Positions 38,401 through 45,431 of a stretch of DNA of 64,000 bases are shown here, one piece after another. Source of the DNA: a virus (lineage: Duplodnaviria; Heunggongvirae; Uroviricota; Caudoviricetes); IMG/VR virus record IMGVR_UViG_3300043172_000799, positions 28,944-92,943 of that record, one strand, 5' to 3'. The first letter of the stretch is position 1, and each line of letters opens with the position of its first letter. The notes below the pieces were generated by a model, which saw only the letters and a program-made list of their open reading frames with translations, ran no database searches and was not told where the DNA came from. Both the position numbers and the translations under genes were made by a program.

Positions 38401-38948
38401 ATGGAGTCACTACGGGCGTCGGTATGCAATATGATGCAGATTATTTAACAACAGGTACTTTAGCCAATTTTCATAGCAATTCATCGAGTGCACAAGTAAG
38501 GTCATTAGTAAAGATTAAAAATGATCATATTTCAGCTACAGGCACTTATTGTTTAACATTGCAAAATGATGCCAGTGCAATGGGACTTCATGCAGATGGA
38601 TGTGGTATTAAGATTAGTGGCGGTGGAGCTTTTCATATTGAAGATGGAAATGTGCTGCTTAATGGTGACGATGCAGATCTTATCCTTAATGGTGGAGCAG
38701 ATATGACAGTGGATGGTAATTTATCTATTGTAACCTTAAAAAACGGTGCAAGTATACATATTCAAGATGATGGAGTTATTCTTATGACCACTGGTACCTT
38801 TGCATGGTCAGGTGCTGGAGAATTTATCCCACCACAATTGTCACAAACAACAATTGATGCGATGGCAAAGACAAAAGGGATGATGTGGTACAATACAACA
38901 TTCGATAAACATCAAGGATATGACGGCACAATCAGAAACTTTTATTAA
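32466..38948 (+). CDS. Very large fibre/spike-like structural protein with duplicated carbohydrate-binding-like modules
   Basis: 2160 aa, G/T/S/D-rich; DAATKNYVD fibre motif; two similar modules (YTVS.W.(K/R)...EW.RY...WGWQ). Confidence 0.7.
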   Translation: MHNMGYSGGGEGIGIKYIDATHRLSIDPETGNIIAEELVDDIWQPGSFEAGANSFWLRYVGLAGIGHHLATELKDGHFHFFAHSEFDGELTTQDTQIIYAYNYEARRIYQPDDSTTFTGKNIEFTFPSDVHVLAENVYYKTGPTGPTTPVKIQVWKGSDDTGLKVFDQTYPASDFTADSEIQLAYNGYVEYDEDQTYFLRYSCDTAFSLKADATTSYVWFAADVSDVREDSILQVRSYESRSDGVYSFTSGEDWAIENNKIYICNATGTQTGDFASNSDKWETIGDSHITYNEVANYASLPDPAEHTSKMYIVLNSTGFDWNRRKGLYHSDGVTWTRLSNVSFEVTDADALFRDDLDNSKIAKFELSEISADTTRTYNFPDVSGRIFVDGMTADVMLNGDLNLNSAGKIVNMVNPTLDQDAATKNYVDSHSVNGAWTRTGTVLSPTNAGDTVGFGTDVRWNTRANTGANLELQDAIPEYYNSELDLWIPTGIAAGSEGLWIGDTQIVPYNGLTSWKTRTGEITLPVHVHHDLDYIGTDQRAHYRTGIDRLTNFVIQPIVTDEWVGTLLPHYGTAFIGGVFHSFTTVAGNTKPNAAVEFYIFTGHITKAQFFADKVTNRLLKTYIPASTWDYEITPFTIEFEAGLELHIGEEYTAFLYSPDGDFSFLGAPDPIWNPWETEEIFQPFFEVDVTRQEIRYTIDYGDDENVTVPSNLFSTAGDIAAMTGNLFAFGETGESTNTMIGGAGINALSLNQSIGIGFDALYNSTALQNVISIGHASGAGSSGEDCLYLGKQAGENNTVDGKLFIANVTDVLLEGSFTDKWLKVHGEITTEFHGGFGHYENLAFTSEDIMLDDDGAWRNINSVSSTEGHTAPNGEDTAVQYSFGWMGLVAKGYWNDFEEATEYTVSVWAKFISGDGAVFRVNLGGDGISGPSITTTSEWVRYEMPLTSGTANGELHLWKMTSTGIIQFWGWQINTGNIALPYIKTHRNPTELNYGSWTNGYLPDTNIHGNLTLGVDTYDLDRNKLNIITDAGNNLAQPLRLITNASGAGAATGIIFQTTSLIHLYGKGGIFFESDGSGYGQGSLHLCNAGSGTADVTIAHSAIKIDSSRRVGVGMNYADVPKANLHLVASNATSAFDTIANDRGMIITGKEGYTRLYFESANAATNLGTFVIDNNYGQLRFGSLNDGALTDRQAHFIVLDSATGFIGIGHKDPLARLDVSGDAIVSTELTVGKYATTAGKITILDSGSKTEPPEIFSDALGNLTLKATANTANIIMNIDGFQGYFVVQDQTDTNLMTVRHTTGNTWIKGTTTLGGSLILEDPSVTFDSTLVFNDGTRDRLSLQSTIAIISSANGYSSFQIFDSSMKMVQDSIARIGVDGESSYLRSHNENNLLVVDNTNTTITGPFNVNGNTVIMGDVTVDGELYHRGGPKGATGILQNYVEFSHEYVDPGNFNLSTTWWWHNEAENTITSVTEAAPDLSDSATRIDIGDGGFYDDIVILRGFKNTNPLANDTTYTVSMWVRLESGDGDFLIAATTNSEIRIATSEWKRYWYTFTTDSSVEHLVEIHKKTALGTFDIWGWQVVDGENLTQFVPGFGDPSLYLSPDWGASVNGEFVVNNAFRDVFKVQSTGGRFNFFNSKSGQSTEPGGLWIHNVTSGDASLSFSAGLADRWTIYQDASQQYRFRFYNSAIDESVLAITTVGDLELNIADAKIKSSDGTGYFQFGYGGDILWRDVDNSVDRFEVNNTNTHLRSPDGDNDIAVNNIGVAIGINSTSGNFLVHDESAVELFNIDKDGNTRFTGNSVINSPTTTGLALNIQANDLITGMALSVASNSADTSTRNLVRILNDNALATGTTALSIQQDSTGLALEVIGSAKFDTDTLFVDSVNHRLGVNNLSPNVDLDINGNAEVHGSNPTNTCFLVQNSNLTTGILSYFYSDSTSSEERELVRIRNTSGAADMTTCFALHQDANHIGLHAHLHGVTTGVGMQYDADYLTTGTLANFHSNSSSAQVRSLVKIKNDHISATGTYCLTLQNDASAMGLHADGCGIKISGGGAFHIEDGNVLLNGDDADLILNGGADMTVDGNLSIVTLKNGASIHIQDDGVILMTTGTFAWSGAGEFIPPQLSQTTIDAMAKTKGMMWYNTTFDKHQGYDGTIRNFY

Positions 38949-38959
38949 CAGGAGAAAAA

Positions 38960-39241
38960 ATGAAATTAAATGTGAACTTTGAGATTTTTGATCTAAATGA
39001 CAAGGCAGTACCGGAAAAGGCAAGCAGGTTTATAGCAGAAATGCTGCTGGAACATAAAGGTGATTCGTTAAAACTATATGAACTCGCAATCAAAATCAAC
39101 AAAAATGAATCAATTGAAATAGATACAACAGATTTAAAACTTATTGAAGATGCCGTAAAAGGGAATCCAAAATATACGAATCTTGTAAAGGGTGCTATTT
39201 TAAAAGAGATAGAATCTCAGAAATTTTTATCAAATAAATAA
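38960..39241 (+). CDS. Small protein, possible fibre assembly partner
   Basis: 93 aa directly after the fibre-like gene. Confidence 0.55.
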   Translation: MKLNVNFEIFDLNDKAVPEKASRFIAEMLLEHKGDSLKLYELAIKINKNESIEIDTTDLKLIEDAVKGNPKYTNLVKGAILKEIESQKFLSNK

Positions 39242-39298
39242 TAAACATCATGGCTATGTTTTAAGGAACCAACATGGGATTTAAGGAGGCAAACTATT

Positions 39299-40087
39299 AT
39301 GCCAGAAACAAATAGTACTACGCAGAAGATTGAAAACATATTAGCAATATTATCAGGAACATCGTCCGCTTCAGAAGTATTTGTTAATAAATTTGGAGAG
39401 AATATAGATATAGATACTGCTGATACCGCAGGAGCATTGACACAAGTTATTTGGCCTATTAAACGTACTGTACAGGATTACCCATTTCTGGATGCTCCAA
39501 TAGCATTAACTATACAATCAGATAGTGCAAGTGATACATCATTATCAGGTGTAGGAGCACAAACAGTATTTGTGTATTACCATGATTTAAATGGGGAGGC
39601 ACAAGTTGAAACAATATCATTGTTAGGAGTAACTGAAATTACATTACCTACAAATTCGTATGGTGTGTTTAGAATAGAGGTAGATGAATCTGGATCATCA
39701 AATACAAATGTAGGAACTATTACTGTTGAGAATGGTGGTACAATATATGCTGTGATTTTACCAGGAGAAGGGCAAACACAAATTGCTGTACAGAGAATAC
39801 CCAATGGTATAGTAAGTGCTACAGTAAAATATGCCAGAACAACATATGCCAGAACAGGAAATAATAATCTAGCAACTTTGCGATTAAAAGTAAGAAAAGC
39901 TAATGGAACAAAATTAACAAAATTAAATGTAAATCTTGTATCAACTGGATTGGTAGATTTTGAAAGATATTATCAAGTTGGAGGAATTGTATTAGAAGCA
40001 GGAGACTGGGTTTACTGGGAATGCACAAGTGTGGATACTAACGATACACCTCTTGCTGGATATTTTGATATTATAGAAAATATGTAG
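39299..40087 (+). CDS. Virion structural protein
   Basis: 262 aa, beta-rich; KFG.N..ID motif. Confidence 0.6.
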   Translation: MPETNSTTQKIENILAILSGTSSASEVFVNKFGENIDIDTADTAGALTQVIWPIKRTVQDYPFLDAPIALTIQSDSASDTSLSGVGAQTVFVYYHDLNGEAQVETISLLGVTEITLPTNSYGVFRIEVDESGSSNTNVGTITVENGGTIYAVILPGEGQTQIAVQRIPNGIVSATVKYARTTYARTGNNNLATLRLKVRKANGTKLTKLNVNLVSTGLVDFERYYQVGGIVLEAGDWVYWECTSVDTNDTPLAGYFDIIENM

Positions 40088-40098
40088 AGGGGAACATT

Positions 40099-40656
40099 AT
40101 GCCAGAAACCAATGTAACAACAAATAATATAGAGAAATTAGCAACTCTATCTGGGGATTCTCCTATAGGAATAACTACAATATCTATACAAGAGAGTGCT
40201 TTTATAAATGGAAGGGCATTTACCCATTCTGATTATACACTAGGTGTTTTAGCGGATAATGTAACTAATTATTTATTTGATCCAACAGCTTGTACATGTG
40301 ATCAGATAGTAGCAGAAGTACCTATATTTAATGCCACATCAGGTCCGGTTACAATAGAATTTTTTGCAGGAACAATAGTTTCAGCTAATGGTACAGAATT
40401 AGACTCTTTTAATAGACGTTCAGGTGGAGATATTCCAGAAGCAAAACTATATATTGGACCAACAATAACTTTTGATGGGGCAAGATTTAGTGGAATAATA
40501 CTTACTGCAACAGAGGCAGCTCAAGGGGATACAGGAGCAGTCACAGTTAGTGGATTACCATTTGAAGTTAGTAAGTCAATTAAAATATTGATTAGAGTAA
40601 CAAATGCAAACGGTGTAAATAATATTGGTAGGCGTTTTGATTGGGTGGAAGCATAA
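40099..40656 (+). CDS. Virion structural protein
   Basis: 185 aa, beta-rich. Confidence 0.6.
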   Translation: MPETNVTTNNIEKLATLSGDSPIGITTISIQESAFINGRAFTHSDYTLGVLADNVTNYLFDPTACTCDQIVAEVPIFNATSGPVTIEFFAGTIVSANGTELDSFNRRSGGDIPEAKLYIGPTITFDGARFSGIILTATEAAQGDTGAVTVSGLPFEVSKSIKILIRVTNANGVNNIGRRFDWVEA

Positions 40657-40708
40657 TATACAGAATAGAATAAAATAAAATTAATACAAAAAATTACAGG
40701 AGATATTA

Positions 40709-41020
40709 ATGGAAGAAAATTACTTGGATTTATGTGCAGAATTGGCAACGAGATTCGAAGAGGATCTGAAAGCTCTTATGAATAAAGAAGTGGCTGAAAT
40801 GGAATTCTTAAATCAGAAAGATTTTAAAAAATGTGAGGATAGGGCAGATAAGTTTTTAAAACTTGCAACAAAAAGAGTTTCTAAAATTTTAGCATTAGGT
40901 ATTGCTAAACACAGAGAAGATAAGCATGGAGAAGATACTTTGGAAGAGCAGGCATCACTAATGGCTGGATTGGAGCCGGATGATGTAGAAGTGGGAGTTA
41001 TGGGATGGTGGAGTCAGTAG
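40709..41020 (+). CDS. Hypothetical protein
   Basis: 103 aa, AGGAGA RBS. Confidence 0.65.
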   Translation: MEENYLDLCAELATRFEEDLKALMNKEVAEMEFLNQKDFKKCEDRADKFLKLATKRVSKILALGIAKHREDKHGEDTLEEQASLMAGLEPDDVEVGVMGWWSQ

Positions 41021-41445
41021 ACAAGGCACGATATGTTTTACTTATATCAAGTATTTTGGTTATGTTTCTAAATTTATTTGATTCAATTAATCAGGGAGTA
41101 CCTTTTTCTCACTACATATTCTATGTATTGAGTTTATTGGTCTTATGCATTGTTCTTATGTTTATCCATAAGAACTTTGTAGTAGCAATAGTATTAGCCC
41201 TTATGGGGCTTTTAACTATGATAGATACTGCAACCCCAAATTATTTATCTGGTGGTATAGTATTTTTTATATTTTCAATGAATATTTTTAAAAGTAATAT
41301 TTTTTCATTTTTTATATATTTTCTAACTATGTTAATAGTTATTGGTTCACATGTATTTAATGCAATATCCCCTGCTGATGCTATCAATGTTTTAATTGCA
41401 TATGCTGTGATTTATTTACTAAATCATTTTCTAGCTGATCAATAG
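41005..41445 (+). CDS. Multi-pass membrane protein
   Basis: 146 aa with about 5 hydrophobic segments. Confidence 0.7.
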   Translation: MVESVDKARYVLLISSILVMFLNLFDSINQGVPFSHYIFYVLSLLVLCIVLMFIHKNFVVAIVLALMGLLTMIDTATPNYLSGGIVFFIFSMNIFKSNIFSFFIYFLTMLIVIGSHVFNAISPADAINVLIAYAVIYLLNHFLADQ

Positions 41446-41455
41446 AGGAGGCTAT

Positions 41456-41770
41456 ATGAATAAATTGGGGGAAGTTTTGCTAAATGAACAAACACGCGTA
41501 ACTATAAGTATAGCCACTCTTTTAATAGTTATTGGATTTTCTATAACAGCCACATTTACCTTTACCACTTGGAAAACAAAATTTGAATCCCAATTGGAAT
41601 ATGTAGATACACAACTTGTTGAAGAAATAACAGAACGAAAACTAGCAGATGAGGAACTTATGGATGAGTATAAAGAAACCAAATCTCTTTTGATTGGAAC
41701 ACAAACAAATTTGGTAGAGATACAAACAGATCTTAAATGGATAAAAAGCTTTTTAATGAATAATGAATAA
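41456..41770 (+). CDS. Single-TM coiled-coil protein (holin-like / XhlA-like)
   Basis: One N-terminal TM, coiled coil, ends EIQTDLKWIK. Confidence 0.5.
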   Translation: MNKLGEVLLNEQTRVTISIATLLIVIGFSITATFTFTTWKTKFESQLEYVDTQLVEEITERKLADEELMDEYKETKSLLIGTQTNLVEIQTDLKWIKSFLMNNE

Positions 41771-41783
41771 TGAGGAATAGAAG

Positions 41784-42326
41784 ATGAATGTAATATTTAT
41801 CATAGAAGACGGCACAGCTAAATCTGATGCAACATCATATGTGTCTGTAGAAGATATGAAACAATATTTTTTTAATGTTGGGTATGATTATGATAGCTTG
41901 ACTGATGACGATATTAAAAGACTATTAAATAAGAGCACTTTTTATATAGACACAAACTATGACTTTCCTGGGTATCGTCAAACAGGGACACAGAGTTTGA
42001 CATGGCCTAGATCCTCTGCATATTACCTGGATGGATACAATATAGATGAGTCTTATATTCCACCTGAGATTATTAATGCAGTGTGTGAAACAGCCAATTT
42101 AATCAACACTGGATCAGATCCTTTTGCTACAATTAGTAAAGATGGGAAAGTAATAGCTGAAAGCAGTGCTGTAGACGTTATTAAAGAGAGCACCAAATTT
42201 GAGGAAGGATCAGTTCTTTATAGTGATGTGTACGTAATTGTAGATTCTGCATTATATAGATTAACAGGTGGTGTAAGTAATAACTTCACACTTAGTGTTA
42301 TTCGAACGGGTGGGGATTCAGCTTAA
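41784..42326 (+). CDS. Head-tail adaptor (DnaT-like family)
   Basis: IIEDGT...A.SYVSV and Q.L.WPR motifs. Confidence 0.75.
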   Translation: MNVIFIIEDGTAKSDATSYVSVEDMKQYFFNVGYDYDSLTDDDIKRLLNKSTFYIDTNYDFPGYRQTGTQSLTWPRSSAYYLDGYNIDESYIPPEIINAVCETANLINTGSDPFATISKDGKVIAESSAVDVIKESTKFEEGSVLYSDVYVIVDSALYRLTGGVSNNFTLSVIRTGGDSA

Positions 42327-42342
42327 AATAAGGAGATTAAAA

Positions 42343-42738
42343 ATGGCAACTAATTTATATTTGGCAGATAGCCAAGAATATATAACAGCAGATACGATGG
42401 ATGATGCTGTGACAAAGTATTTTCAGGACAAAGGGGTGTACCCAACATCTATAGCACTATTTAAGGATTCTACATTTCTTATCACAGAATCTACAGTAGT
42501 TGCTGTAACACCTGAAGTTCTTCCGGCAGGAGCAGTAACAGCAGGAGCAACCGTTTCACCAAGTACACCAGTGTATATAAAGGAAGGGGATCAAATAACA
42601 CTAACAGCCACAGGAGCAGGGGCTTTTCCAACTTTTGTAAATTGGGAAATAGATTCGGTGGAAGTTTCTACAGATAATCCATATACACATACAGCTACAG
42701 ACATTGCTGTGACGATAAGTGCAAACTTCTCTGCATAG
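42343..42738 (+). CDS. Small structural protein with a C-terminal beta-grasp/InlB-B-like repeat
   Basis: Probable start ATG 42343 (AAGGAG RBS); ITLTATG.G.F.TF.NW..D...S.DNPY. Confidence 0.6.
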   Translation: MATNLYLADSQEYITADTMDDAVTKYFQDKGVYPTSIALFKDSTFLITESTVVAVTPEVLPAGAVTAGATVSPSTPVYIKEGDQITLTATGAGAFPTFVNWEIDSVEVSTDNPYTHTATDIAVTISANFSA

Positions 42739-42767
42739 AGGAGTTATCCTCTATTTGGAGATAGAAC

Positions 42768-43178
42768 ATGGCTAAATTTAATTACCAAAAAACATTAGCT
42801 ACATCTCAGAGATTGATAAATAAGTTTGGTAATCCAATTACTATGACAAGAGCGTACAACGCCTCCCAATGGGATCGTGTCTATGATCCGGTAACAGAGT
42901 CATTTACTTGGACAAACACCACCACAGGAGCTTCACAGAGCACAGAACCGGCAGATGAGGTTACAATAGCAGATGGTGCATTAGTTGGAATTGATGAAGA
43001 GCTATTGGAAAATAGTTTAGTCAAAAAAAGTGATAGTAAGCTTTTGGTTGTGGGGATTGACGAACCACAGGTTGGAGACACATTTATTGTTAATGGGAAA
43101 GTATACGCTTACATTGCTCACATATCTATTAATCCTGCTGGTGTGAATGTTTTATACAAAGTAGCTCTCCGAATTTAA
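42768..43178 (+). CDS. Head closure / head-tail joining protein
   Basis: RLINKFG, YDPVT, G.LV...D.K.LV motifs; neck position. Confidence 0.7.
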   Translation: MAKFNYQKTLATSQRLINKFGNPITMTRAYNASQWDRVYDPVTESFTWTNTTTGASQSTEPADEVTIADGALVGIDEELLENSLVKKSDSKLLVVGIDEPQVGDTFIVNGKVYAYIAHISINPAGVNVLYKVALRI

Positions 43179-43196
43179 TTTTTATTAGTATAACAT

Positions 43197-43282
43197 AGCA
43201 GGGTAGAGAAGCGGTCATTCTCAGCGGTCTCATAAGTCGCCAGCCTTAACAGGCTTCGTCAGTTCGAATCTGACCCCTGCTA
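43197..43282 (+). tRNA. tRNA with CAT anticodon (Met/fMet/Ile2 unresolved) and a long variable arm
   Basis: Acceptor AGCAGGG/CCCTGCT, D-stem GAGA/TCTC, anticodon loop CT-CAT-AA (CAT 43231-43233), V-arm AGCCT-TAAC-AGGCT, T-arm GTCAG-TTCGAAT-CTGAC; no encoded CCA. Confidence 0.85.
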
Positions 43283-43294
43283 ATAATATTATAG

Positions 43295-43354
43295 ATCACC
43301 TTCTCCTTTGCAAAGGCTGGTGATTAGTAATAGTCATCAGAAAGAGAAGGTGGT
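43295..43354 (+). promoter_or_regulatory. Structured 5' leader sequestering the RBS of the HNH gene
   Basis: ATCACCTTCTC/GAGAAGGTGGT stem over the SD, enclosing CTTT-GC-AAAG and CTGGTGATTA-GTAA-TAGTCATCAG. Confidence 0.7.
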
Positions 43355-43360
43355 TTTAAT

Positions 43361-44473
43361 ATGAGTAAGTATTCAAAGTATTTAATAGCTGGTATGGTGT
43401 TTAATGGCTGGGAAGTCATTAAACCTGACGTAGAAAGTAATGAAGGAAAACCGTCTTGTAGATGGTCATACAGGTGTAAATGTACAGATTGTGGTTTAGA
43501 GAAAGGGATTGATAAGAACAGATTGGCTTCTTTGAGTATAGGGCTTTGTGATCATAAGGGACAAAAGCAACATCCAAAATATTTAGAAAAGGGAACCACA
43601 TTTTCCGGCTGGGAAGTCGTAGAACCAGAAGAATCAAAGAACATCAGAGTTAAGCCTTCCGAATGGTTTTACAAATGTGTATGTCCTGTATGTGAAAATG
43701 AAAAACTTGTTAAAAGAACAACTTTACTTATTGGAGGTATAAACCCCTGTTCTCATGATGTTGTAAGAAACAAAAAGGGACGTACTTGCACAATGTGTGA
43801 TCAATTTTTATCATGGGATTCTTTTGGTGAAAAAGAAGATGGTTTTAACAGAAAAAATCATTGGTGTATTGGATGCACAAGAAAAAAGAGCACCCTATAT
43901 TATCATTCTGTAGAAAAGCTTGATATGCAAAATAATCCAGAAAAATATAGAGAAATAAATAAGGCTAAATATCAGAAGGATAAGGAGAATATCCAGAAAA
44001 AACATTCAGAATATTACTTTAGGACAAAGGAATCCCGTAGAGAGCATAAACGTAACTATAGAAAAAATAGATTAGAAAATGATTCCGCATTTAAACTGGA
44101 GTCTACTCTTCGCAATAGTATTTCCAGAGCTTTAAAAGCTTCTACATCTAAAAAGTTTTTATGCTCTAATAAAATGTTGGGTTGTACTCCGAAAGAATGT
44201 GTAGATTACCTTAATGATAATGAGTTTGGATATAACTTTAAAGATCATGGTATGTTTTCCTTGCATGTAGACCATATTATTCCATGTGCCTTTTTCAACT
44301 TGGATAATGCACTAGAACAATTGATTTGTTTCAATTATAACAACTTAAGGTTGTACCCAGCTAAGGAAAATTGGGCAAAACATGCCCACATAGAAGATAT
44401 GTGTCAGGATCTTTACCTTGAAATACAAAATGATGTCTTAAAAAAATATCCAGAATTGGAAGAAGGAATATAG
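43361..44473 (+). CDS. Free-standing HNH homing endonuclease
   Basis: Duplicated N-terminal modules (G..F.GWEV..P...W.Y.C.C..C), CTMC..CIGC, LHVDHIIPCAFFNL...CFNYNNL...EN..K. Confidence 0.9.
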   Translation: MSKYSKYLIAGMVFNGWEVIKPDVESNEGKPSCRWSYRCKCTDCGLEKGIDKNRLASLSIGLCDHKGQKQHPKYLEKGTTFSGWEVVEPEESKNIRVKPSEWFYKCVCPVCENEKLVKRTTLLIGGINPCSHDVVRNKKGRTCTMCDQFLSWDSFGEKEDGFNRKNHWCIGCTRKKSTLYYHSVEKLDMQNNPEKYREINKAKYQKDKENIQKKHSEYYFRTKESRREHKRNYRKNRLENDSAFKLESTLRNSISRALKASTSKKFLCSNKMLGCTPKECVDYLNDNEFGYNFKDHGMFSLHVDHIIPCAFFNLDNALEQLICFNYNNLRLYPAKENWAKHAHIEDMCQDLYLEIQNDVLKKYPELEEGI

Positions 44474-44474
44474 C

Positions 44475-44987
44475 ATGTCTAATAATAAAGATTTCATAAC
44501 TGATATTGCTAAGTTCAAAATAAAATCTGAAAACACTATAGATGATACAAGAAAATTCTTAGCTTTTGAGCTGTTTTCCCGTGTAGTTGATAGAACTCCC
44601 GTCGGTTTCCTATATGAACCAACATCAGGTAATACTAAGTTCAATTGGACCTGCACCATTAACACTCTACCAACCTCCATATTAAAGGGGGTCGATAAAA
44701 AGGGAAATGTAACTAAAGCTAGAATGGAAAAAGTCCTAGACAGAGTAAAATCTGATGATATAATATTTTTTTCCAACTCCGTAAGTCACATATTTCAGAT
44801 TGAAGATGGCCTATATCCTAAATCTCCTAGTGTAGGATCTTGGAATAAGCAGACAAAATCATACGAGATAAGAAGTTCTGGAGGCTTTTCCAAGCAAGCA
44901 CCAGCCGGAATGGTAAAATTAACACTACTTGCCTTTTCTAGTGTATCTAAAAATGCCATACGAAAGGCACAACGCCAAAATAGGTAG
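44475..44987 (+). CDS. Neck/tail-component protein (HK97 gp10-like)
   Basis: VVDRTPV, NW, S.QAPAGMV motifs. Confidence 0.75.
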   Translation: MSNNKDFITDIAKFKIKSENTIDDTRKFLAFELFSRVVDRTPVGFLYEPTSGNTKFNWTCTINTLPTSILKGVDKKGNVTKARMEKVLDRVKSDDIIFFSNSVSHIFQIEDGLYPKSPSVGSWNKQTKSYEIRSSGGFSKQAPAGMVKLTLLAFSSVSKNAIRKAQRQNR

Positions 44988-44996
44988 GAGTATCAA

Positions 44997-45410
44997 ATGA
45001 CGCAAAAAGACATTGAAAAAGCACTAGATTTTAGGATGGGTGAGTATAAGACAGTATATCCTATACCAGTAGAGTATCCTGATGTAGCATATACTCCTAT
45101 TATTGGTACATCATATTTAAAAATAGATTATTTAAATACCCCAACTATACAAGTTCAATTAGGAACGAAAGCTGCTGATAGAGCTACTGGGATATATCAA
45201 ATCACATTAAATGTGGAAAACAATAAAGGTTCCGCAGAAGCAACAAAAATTATCACTCAATTGAAAGAGTTTTTCAAGAGAGGAACAATTGCTTCGTACA
45301 ATGGCTTGAATGTTAGAATATTAGGTTTTTATTTAGGGAGTTATTCTTCCGAAGGGGATTATTACCGAGAAGTAGTGAATATTATTTTTCGGTCCGATAT
45401 ATCAAATTAA
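44997..45410 (+). CDS. Tail terminator protein
   Basis: Position before the tube gene; GIYQI...G.A...I...F.RGT pattern. Confidence 0.72.
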   Translation: MTQKDIEKALDFRMGEYKTVYPIPVEYPDVAYTPIIGTSYLKIDYLNTPTIQVQLGTKAADRATGIYQITLNVENNKGSAEATKIITQLKEFFKRGTIASYNGLNVRILGFYLGSYSSEGDYYREVVNIIFRSDISN

Positions 45411-45431
45411 AGTAAATTACGGAGGTAATAA

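Noticed and set aside
43295-43354. Possible hammerhead ribozyme (CTGGTGA ... GAAA)
   Set aside because: The core would be CUGG rather than CUGA, there is an extra base before the core, and no stem II forms between the core and GAAA. The paralogous leader at 27889 has no such core.
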